DNA of 64,000 nucleotides, taken from Podarcis liolepis. Lineage: Eukaryota. Each line of letters begins with the position of its first letter. Position 1 is the stretch's first letter. The notes beneath the pieces were generated by a model. It did not search any database, had not been told where the DNA came from, and was given only the letters and a program-made list of their open reading frames with translations. Made by a program: the position numbers and the translations under genes. Shown here piece after piece: positions 38,501 through 49,300 of this stretch. The stretch lies in the NCBI GenBank assembly GCA_965112155.1, contig OZ218105.1; one strand, written 5' to 3'.

Positions 38501-41500
38501 GCTGGTGAAGGAATAACACCCCATGGTGCCCCCTTCTACCCTTTGCTGCTATGTGTGAGAAACTTTAGTGCCTTGATTTTAAAAGAACAGGGTTTCCTAC
38601 TGCTAATATTGTTCAACTTTTATTGAGTACTGATGGTAAGTACAGTAAGAGCATAGAACTTTAAAGTAATGTAAAGCTGGGGAAAAGCTGAATCTGGCAA
38701 TTTTGATGTGGATTAGTTCCCCTTCTTTGAATATATGAGCAGGGAGGTATCTTCCAGCTTCTCTTTCTTCATTAAGGTTCCGGTATTTAAATACCACCTG
38801 ATATTTAGTGAAGTATCGTTGGAATTTGGTTATACAGTACTGCTTTGCTGTTTTTATTTTATTCCACAACCCTGTTACTTTCTTTTTCTTTTTTGCTTAC
38901 TTGCTTTTTCCCCTGTATCTACACGTTTTCAAATGCAACAGTAAAATTCAATAAAAAGTGTTTTAGAAAAAGAAAACAAGTGGTGTTATCCTGGCTCCAG
39001 AAGTCCTGGAGCCTACATAATTTAAAAGGCGATGGGTGAGGAGGTCATCGTTTGCTTCATGCGTGATTAAAGGAGAAAAGAGTTACCCTCCTTGTGATGA
39101 ACACAAGGGTGGGGGGGAGTGGAGGAACATTATATTATAACTTCTACCTCCCTCATTGAGAGGGTGTCTGGCCCTCAGTGCTTGCAGTTCCAAATGGAAG
39201 AGTGCTTCAAAGATTCCTGGGCTGCGTTCCATACATTCTTTCATAGATCACACTCCATTTGTAGAACACCTTAGGGAGCAACCTGAATGCCTTCTTGAAA
39301 TCAGATACCTGTGGTGAATTATTTATTAAACGCTAGCAGCATTTAAAGCAAAGCGAATTTGAATGCTTCTAAATTCTGAGCTTGAAATGTACTTAAAGAT
39401 GCAGAAGATGTACCAAAATAACTTGTAATAGAGCGGTTTTTTCTGTTTCTGTTTTAAGATTATGATATTCCCGGAAGGAACATGCACTAATCGATCCTGC
39501 CTAATTACCTTCAAGCCTGGTAGGTATGATGTACATTCTTCTTTACCTATGTAACATCAGTGTAACTTCAGATTTTGAAATTCGTTGCTCATGATTGCCT
39601 ATGGCCACTTCAGATGTTACAAGAGGTGTGTCCTCCCACCCCCCAATAAGGGCAACCTTTGCCTTTTCTGAAACTTTGGTATGCCAAGAAACCTAGGATT
39701 CTCTGTCTGTTCGAATGTTGAGTTAACTGTCGTAACTTGCAATGCAAGTACGTGCAAAAAACCCACCCATCTGAAGTACCTTCTTCATACACAGGTCTGG
39801 AAATCAAAGTGCATCATTGCAAACATGTGTTGACCATTTTCTGGAAAATGCTGAATGCAAATAAAGGTGGTTCCATCTTCAAATCTAATTATTTAGTTCA
39901 GGACAAGCAAACAAGAACCTGAAATAGGACATTCAGTCAGTTCATCATTCTCTGTATTTTGTCCAGTCTTGACACTTGCTGACTTTCATCTAGTGTGCAT
40001 CAGGGCTCCTTCGGGATATTATGCGGTCTAGAATGTTTAAACCTAAAACCTCTCTATAACAAAATAATCTCTCTTTTTTTGAGGATTACTGCCATTAGCT
40101 CAGTTCTCTTACTGTTTCCTATGGAATTCAAAAAATGTTTCCAAGTAAGTTCAGAAAGACTTCCTTGCAGAAAAAGAAGGTGGAACTCATGGTTTTGCAC
40201 CCTGATTTGGTAGGTGAAGGGGCATCGGAACGAGTTGTTTTTGTATTTCTAATGTAATAGTCAGAGACATCATTGGATTGTTCCTTCCATGCTTCAGTGG
40301 TCTTTATTTCATAGAATTGTAGAAATAGTAAATGGAAATTATTCTCTTTGCCAAATACAGAGGGTAGGGGTGTTTTGCTTGTACCACAAATTGCAGGAGA
40401 TAAGGTTATCTTACCATATTTTGCATTCTCTAAAGTTTAGTCAACGTATTGGGTAATGAGAGATTTATGGTAATACCTTGTGCCCTTTTCATTCCTGATT
40501 TGATGCCAGGACTTTTCCTCAGCTATGTATTGGTATGGCTCTTGTGTTGTGCAGCACTTTGCAATCTTTCCCCCAGGATATGTGTATTTGCATGACCTCT
40601 GGTTTTCTAATCAGATGGATATCACCCTGTTGATGGCACATGTACGAATCCACGCATACTTGGGAGCTGTGCAACAGAATAATGAGTAAAAGAATCCATG
40701 AGTGAAGATTTGAATCATGTGGAGAATACAACCTTCTGTCCTGAGTCTAAACATATATTTTCCTAATAGCATTTAAGCATGTACTACTAATATTCAGTAG
40801 TATTGGAGCTTGGCTGTTTGTAGAATGGAGCTTCTAGTGCTAATCTGTCAGAGCCTTCTAGAAAAGATTGCTTCAGATTGTGTAAATGTCTAGTCCAGTT
40901 TTCCATGGCCAGGTGTATATGTTTGATAGGAGATCTTCATTTCAGAGATCTTCCCTAGAAAATACAGTGGTACCTCTGGTTAAGAACTTAATTCGTTCCA
41001 GAGGTCCGTTCTTAACCTGAAACTGTTCTTAACCTGAAGCACCACTTTAGCTAATGGGGCCTCCTGCTGCTGCTGCGCCGCTGGAGCACGATTTCTGTTC
41101 TCATCCTGAAGCAAAGTTCTTAACACTATTTCTGGGTTAGCAGAGTCTGTAACCTGAAGCATCTGTAACCTGAAGCATTTGTAACCCCTAGGTGCCATTA
41201 TACAAGTTTGTGTCACCTTCCCTGATGTCAAGATAGAGAGAGCAAGGAATGTTTAAAGAATTACCAACACCTTGCGGGCTCCCTTAGTGAAAGAAGCCTT
41301 GACCTGGGTTTCTGGTTCAACAGGTTCCTCTGGTCCATGAGTAAACAATAGTTTCTATCATCAGTACCTGTGGGAGATAGGGTTGGAATGAGAGGTTGCT
41401 GCTCAGGGCTTCAAACAAAAATCCCAAAGGCCTCTTTCCCTGGAGCCTAGGCAGAGTGCATCATCATGCTTACAGAGATTCATATGCCGGGCTGCAAAAT

Positions 41501-44500
41501 CTAGAAAGCACAATAGCTCAACCTTTTCAGAAATGGAGACATCTAACTTTGAAATTGTTGGTGAAAATAGCCCCAGATTGACCATAGAGTTGGGAAAGAA
41601 CTGGGTGTCCAGGAAAGATTTTGATTTATTGCTATCTTCGGTAATGGATGAAAGTGCAAACAAACAAGGCCAGAAGTGTTGAATGTTTCAGTTATCATTC
41701 CTTTCTTGTTCCTAGTTAGAGATTTGAGTTGATTCTAGAGTCTTCATCCACTCCAGAGGAGTGGAAGAATTAGCATTAACAATGTAGATTCTTTTCACAC
41801 ACCTTATTATTGGTTGCTGTTTGTTGGCTTATAATATGAGAGAGAGGTTACAAGGCAGATTTTCCTGTTTAAAAAGAAAATGTTTGTCTTCATCAGGGAA
41901 GGCAGTCAAACCTTGTGGTGGAACATTTTTTCTATTTCTGTCAAATTCCTGGAAATATATAAATATAAGTTGCGTAGGATTTGACAGCCCTGAGTTCTTT
42001 CCAATTAGGTACTTCTGAAAAATTGCTGGCTATTAGTTGTTTTGACTAACTATCCATTCTTCCTGTGTTATCTTACCTGGAATGAAATATCCTGCTTATC
42101 AAAGGATTGGAATTAAATTGAATGAATCATACTAATGCTTCCAATGTAATACAAAGTTTTTCAGGAAGTAAGCTGCTGGGAATAAGTCACAGTGGTATAC
42201 CAATATAGTAAACCTCTGAAGTTGGCACATTATGTTCACTTGCAGGAAGAAGCTTGGACTATTTATTATTTGGGCAGGGAATAATCAGACTCTATTTAAC
42301 TTTAGATGCTTGAATTACTATGTTGCTGAGAGTCGTTGCTTAACCTTTAAAAATAAATTATAGTTGCATCTTTTTTGGCTACTTGGGAAGGTGGAACTTC
42401 AGAGCATATCATCCAGAAAAGCCAGCTGTTACATAACAGAAATGCGCATGCAATACCTTCAATGCTCACAGTGTCATTAATAGGTGGTAATTAGAAAATA
42501 TTGTAATTATATGTATCCCATATATCTTGTAGGAGCATTTATCCCTGGAGTGCCTGTCCAACCTGTGATTTTACGTTATCCAAACAAACTGGTAAGCTCT
42601 GAGTAAGCTTTTATGCCAAATACATAAAGGTATTAAAGGACCCCTGGCCGTTAGGTCCTGTTGCGGACAACTGTGGGGTTGCAGCGCTCATCTCGCTTTA
42701 TTAGCCGAGGGAGCCGGCGTACAGCTTCCGGGTCACGTGGCCAGCATGACTAAGCCGCTTCTGGCGAACCAGAGCAGCGCACGGAAAAGCCATTTACCTT
42801 CCCGCTGGAGCAGTACCTATTTATCTACTTGCGCTGGTGTGCTTTCAAACTGCTAGGTTGGCAGGAGCAAGGACCGAGCAATGGGAGCTCACCCCGTCAC
42901 AGGGATTTGAACCGCCGACCTTCTGATCGGCAAGCCCTAGGCTCAGTGGTTTAGACCACAGCACCACCCGCATCCCTATGCCAAATACATATATGAACCT
43001 TAAGTAGTTGTCTGAAGTATATTCTCAAACTTTTTTTTGAAAAGCAGAATGATAGTAAATCAGGTGGAAGGTGACATGGGCAACGATTGCCCTCTTGTTG
43101 TTTCTAAGATATGTACATTTGTTTCAAGACAAATGCAGCGTGGGTTGACTTATTTCCCCCCCAAACGGGAGAACATGAAGTATCCCCCAAAATAGTAAGT
43201 TACTCCTATGGTAGCTAGAAAGATGTAAATTTGATATGTACACAGCCCATCTTTTCATCTAATAGATGATCTGTTAATCTCTCTATCTATTACTGCATAA
43301 TTCAAGATTTGTTTGCTAGTATCTCATTGTGGTAAACAAACTCAGTTCTACCTATGAGAAAGCAAAAGTGAGCTTCTGTCCTGTTATTCCTTTAACTGAA
43401 ATGCTGCTTCTGTATCACTAGAGGGCACTGATAATTCCTTTGTCAGTATGTTGTAAATTGGAGGAATTCCTGAATCTACAATAAATTCATCGGCATTTCA
43501 TTTAATGTCTTCCCCCCTTCATGATTTACATATTGCCAAATGCCATAGTAGACAAAATCCTTACAGGGATAATGAGATATAAATAGCCTACTGTCACATT
43601 TTTCAAAGTAATGCTGTTTTTGTGAAGCCTATTAACTTTGTAGGACTGCTTAAATATTTGAATGCATTTCTTTTGCTGCATAGGATACAATTACGTGGAC
43701 ATGGCAGGGTCCAGGAGCGTAAGTCAGCTACATATTATTTGAATTTCTAATTGCTTTAGTTAATTGCTTTTCTTTCGGAGGACTAGTATGTTAAATAATG
43801 GGAAATAATGGGCACACATCAGATTATCTTCCTGGCCAATTATTATTTTTATGATCAAACAGGGTTTAATAAGCTCTTCAAACCCCAAATCACACTATTC
43901 CTAATTTAAATGAATAGATTAGCCTGCCAATAGATAACTTTTGTCTGTAGTGTTTGGAAGCATTTGAGCAATGGCCTTCTTGTTTCTCTTTAGCTTTTTC
44001 ATACAATTTCAGATCGATTAAGTATTTGATAATGTTAAATAATATTTGATTTCAATATCATTCATAGCTAAGGTACTTAAGTTTACTGTGCATCAGTTTT
44101 GATATTTAATTGCCAAGTAGTGTTCGCTTCCCATATTTTACAGAGTGAGGCCCATCTGCTTACACTACATAAATCCATTTGTGCAATGGGACTTCTTTTT
44201 CTTCCTGCTCCTCCAACTCCCCCCCCCCAGCTTCAGAGAGTCCCCCAACCCTTTAGAGCATATTTGGGGGTGCACAATGGGGAGGAGAGGAATGAGAAGT
44301 CCCATTGCATGAGCAGATGCCAGTTTATACGATGCTGGATCTCACCCAAAGTTCATTTTCATTTCTCTTTCTCAGGATGCATTCGTGATGTTAATTACGG
44401 AACTAATAATCTTGTAAATTAAAACGAGCTTTTCATTTCTCTTTCAGGTTGAAAATTCTGTGGCTAACTTTATGTCAGTTTCATAATTTTGTGGAAATAG

Positions 44501-46280
44501 AGGTTAGTACAAAGTTACCAATGTTTTAGTCTGCAATCCTATGCTTTCATACTTGAGACAACTAAAAAAATCTACAACCCATTTTAACGGTATGCTTTAA
44601 TGTGTGTGAATAGTTCAGCTCTTGAACAATGACTTCGAAAGAGTACCCCAATAAATAAAGACCCTGTACTGCAGGAGGAAAGCTTAACTTCATTTTATTT
44701 CTTTTTCGTTTCCCCACTTTGCAATAAGGAATAGCCAGTGCTATTTTTCTAGAAAGAAAGGTACCGAAACTCAGCCATGAACGCCTCCCCTATTCTCTTA
44801 CAATGGCAATGGTGCCTGTTAAGTTGTGGGTGAACATATCAGACGACACAGCGATTCTTAGAATCATAGAATCATAGAATCATAGAGTTGGAAGAGACCA
44901 CAAGGGCCATCGAGTCCAACCCCCTGCCAAGCAGGAAACACCATCAGAGCACTCCTGACATATGGTTGTCAAGCCTCTGCTTAAAGACCTCCAAAGTAGG
45001 AGACTCCACCACACTCCTTGGCAGCAAATTCCACTGTCGAACAGCTCTTGTTTATTCACAGGCCAGTACAGAACTGAACTGAAGGGTTCAGCCAGCCTGC
45101 TTATATAGAGCTCCACTACAACGCAACAGTAGCACTTTCTGTAACTATCCAATCACTGAACGTCACTTTCAACCCCTTATTTGCATATGTGGACCTGAGT
45201 GAAAACTATCTACAGTATCCCCCTGCTGGGCCAGGGTGAGAACTTCCGTACATAACAGCACCCACCTGAGAGGTGCCAGGACTGAGTTCTGGTGACTTCC
45301 AGCTGAACAAAAACTCTGGGAATAGAACAAGTGCTTCCACTGGTCTTCACAAGTCCATGCATTGTTAACCTCGAGTTAGATTACTGTAATGAGCTCTGTG
45401 TGGGGCTGCTGTTGGGTCTGGTTCAGAAACTCCAGCTGGTGCAGAATGCAGCAGCCAGATTGCTGGGGCAAGCTTCTGGTCGAGAACATGTCATGGCTGC
45501 CCATCTGCTACTGAGCCAGTCTCCAGCTTCTTATACTGATTTACAAAGCCCTGAGCAACTTTGGGTCCAGGATACCTGAGGTATCACCTGAACCCTTATA
45601 ATTCTGGCTCTGTTACTGAGATCATCTGCAGGAGTGGCTTGGGTGAGTTGGTGAGGCTCATTTGACAACAGCAAGAAATCAAGCCTTTTGTGTCACCAGT
45701 CCTGTGGAACACTCTGCCAAAAGAGATTCAGAGGCACCTTCTGTGCCAACTTTTAAATGTCCGCTGAAAACAATTGAGAGTACACCTCCCACAATAGTCT
45801 ATTGATGCTTTTTTTAAAAAAATTCTTTTTGCTTTCAGCTTGCTTTTTTAAACTTTCTATTATTTTACTGTCTGGTTTTATGTTTTTTCTATTGTGATAT
45901 AAAATAAATAAAAGAATAATAATAGAGGTCAAAACGTTACGGGCATATTGGGAGGGGGAATTAATGTCACTGATCACCGATAATGCTACTATCCGTATGC
46001 AGTGGTACTAACGACATTTGCACAGCCACATTTCATACCTGCAGTCCACTCTTAATGAGAAAAATGCGGTTTTTAGACTTGCCATTCTGAACGGTGGGAA
46101 AATGAGATAATTAACACAGTCGGAAGCACAACATAGAAGAAAGATGCCTAATCTTAACATCTTAAGGCAGCCCTGTTCAGGGAAGTTTTTAATCTGTGAT
46201 ATTTTAGTGTATTTTTTTGTTTCTATGGAAGCCGCCCAGAGTGGCTGGGGAAACCCAGCCAGATGGGCGGGGTACAAATA

Positions 46281-46334
<54 letters not shown>

Positions 46335-49300
46335 CTGTATCCCACACAGCTGCTCATTTGTTGCTCTATAAATATCATTTAGTTCCTTTAAAAAAACCAA
46401 ATTAATAAAGGGAGGGGGGGGAGAAACCTGAAATGTTGCTACTCCTTAGTGATGTGTGTAAAAATTCAGGGTTGTGTTTTTTGGTTTTGTATTTGCTTAT
46501 GAACATTTGATCCTGTTACTGTACTTAAAAGCCACATTATTGGTGTGAGTTTATACTTTTGCCTGTGAAATACGGTAACACGTTTGTGCTGAAACCATTT
46601 TTTCTACTTTCAGTTCCTGCCTGTGTATATACCCTCTGAAGAAGAAAAGAGAAACCCATCACTGTATGCAAATAACGTGAGACGGATCATGGCACAGTAA
46701 GTGAACTGCTGTCCAAATAGCACCATGTGATGGTATCTGCTTATTTAGACGTTTGTACCGAAATATTCTACTTATTTTAATGTGTGTGCTAACATTGTGG
46801 ACATTGCAGGGGAAAATATCATATCAAACCTAACAAAAGCTGACTGCATCACAAGTGTGGACTGGAATCTGAACCTGTTTTTGCTGGAGAAATTACAACC
46901 CCGTCAATGACAAGAAAATCTGTTCCTTCTAAGATCTGACAAATCCCTACTAGTGTCAACTTTGACTTGTCCGGGTTCATTTTCAGTCTATTAATCCTTA
47001 ACTACCTGCCCCCAACTTCCAAACAGTGATTTTATGGCCAATACAGTAGCTGGGTGTTTGGGGAAATTTCCTCACTCCAAAACAGTGGGCGATCTCTCTC
47101 AGTGGCTTTATATAGATGATCAACAGGATTGGTGCCAATACTAATCCCTGTAGGACTACATAGACCAATTTTCAAGAGGTGAAAAATCAACATCATTCCC
47201 AGCGACCATCCTCTATATCTGACTGGGAAAGAAAACCCGAATTTCTAGGGAACCAAACCTATCATGCAAACTGAAAATCGAAGGAGATACGTTATGGTTG
47301 TAGATTAAGGTGCAGTTTAGATGTAGCAAAAAAACAATTTAAAGGGATTTGGTTTTTAGGTCCCCAGATATACACAATGCACTGCCCACCAGAATGCACT
47401 GGCTGCTAATAACTGTAACTGAACATTTTAATTACAGGTAGGTAGCCGTGTTGGTCTGCCGTAGTCGAAACAAAATTAAAAAATTCCTTCCAGGAGCTCC
47501 TTAGAGACCAGCTAAGTTTGTTATTGGTGTGAGCTTTCGTGTGCATGCACACTTCTTCAGATACCTTCAGATGTCTTCTTCAGATATTCTTCAGGTATCT
47601 GAAGAAGTGTGCATGCACACGAAAGCTCACACCAATACTTAGTTTGGTCTCTAAGGTGCTACTGAACATTTTAAATACATGTATGGGGGAGGTTTTTTAT
47701 AGTGGTTTTAAGATGCATAAACACACACACAAATGTACACCAAACAGTTGAGAAACATGCAGGAGGGAAGGTCTAGTGGTTTAAGGGTTTTAGGCAGATT
47801 TAAATGTACCCTCCCTTTTCTTTGTCTCTTCATCCCCATTTTTAAATTTGAAGTACTCTTGATGAAAGCTACTCTTTCCTTGACTTGCCAGACCACATCG
47901 TGAGCTTCGGCATAGTCAAAATGTGGCGTTTAGATTGCGTCTGCTTTATAAGCCTGCCGTTATAAATAAAAGTGTGACGCTGTTGTGTAAATTCCTGCTT
48001 TTTCCCCCCATCAAGGGCTTTGGGGGTTCCAGTAACGGACTACACTTTTGAAGATTGCCAGCTAGCTTTGGCTGAAGGACAACTTCGTCTCCCTTCAGAC
48101 ACCTGCCTCTTAGAATTTGCAAAGCTTGTGAGAAGCCTTGGGTGAGCAGATTGATAAAAGTGTGGAACTGTACGACAGAATGTTTTAATTGCTTTGTAAC
48201 TTTATAAATGGGACGCGGGTGGCTCTGTGGGTTAAACCACGGAGCCTAGGACTTGCCGATCAGAAGGTCGGCGGTTCGAATCCCCACGACGGAGTGAGCT
48301 CCTGTTGCTCAGTCCCAGCTCCTGCCCACCTAGCAGTTCGAAAGCATGTCAAAGTGCAAGTAGATAAATAGGTACCGCTCCGGCGGGAAGGTAAGCGGTG
48401 TTTCCATGCGCTACTCTGGTTCGCCAGAAGCGGCTTAGTCACACTGGCCACATGACCCAGAAGCTGTATGCCGGCTCCCTTGGCCAATAAAGCGAGATGA
48501 GCGTCGCAACCCCAGAGTCAGTCACAACTGGACCTAATGGTCAGGGGTCCCTTTACCTTTACTAACTTTATAAAAGCAATTTTAGAAAAATGTATTTTAA
48601 TTATAGATTTTCTTGATTTACAAAGGTATGTGCAATGTCTCGTATTTTTCTTCCATGTAACTTTTTTATTTTTATTTTTTACAAATCGGTTAAAAGCAAT
48701 TTAAAAAAAAGTAAAGCATCTGGGAGGTTGTGGGGGCAATGTTTTGCAATCTTGCAGGAGCAGACCAGAATCACAGAGGTTTCAAAAGCTTAACAAATTT
48801 GACATCTGCCAGTGTTGTGCAAGATCTAGTTCCTAATAGGCTTCTTGCCACTTAATTCAGTTGAGCATTCCTGGCTTCAGTTGACTGTGGTTCTGATAAT
48901 TAGGAAAGTCATAATTTGTATTCCTGGGTGAACCTAGCATATTACAACTTATGGTGGAGACAGAAAGGAAGAACCATCTGTAAATCACTTCCCTCTCACC
49001 TCAACACAAGTTAGATGCCAGGGTTGTGGTTTGCAGAAATCAGAGTCCGCATTGCTTAAATTTATATTAAGTTAACAAACAAACAAAAAACCCTTTCAGC
49101 TTAACATGTTATATTGGACACTTCCCATGTTCACTCACATTTCAAAATGTCAAGAAGTTACAGCTGTTAAGTCCCCACATCCTTAACAGATGCATTGTTT
49201 ATGCAGTATTGATATGGTATTGAATCTTACCTTGTTAGATCCAGCTTCATCACTGCCTTGAAGCTTGGTGGTTGTCAGTGGTAGATGAGAATCTGAGATG

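Larger units (their letters stand above)
44736..45318. mobile_element. hAT-type MITE interrupted by a solo LTR and a CR1
   Basis: Begins CAGTGCTATTTTT and ends AAAAACTCTG; 8-bp TSD GGAATAGC/GGAATAGA. Confidence 0.7.

Noticed and set aside
37652-45257. Two similar LTRs as the ends of one 7.6-kb provirus
   Set aside because: Each has its own TSD, and the interval contains LPCAT1 exons 5-8 rather than gag/pol.
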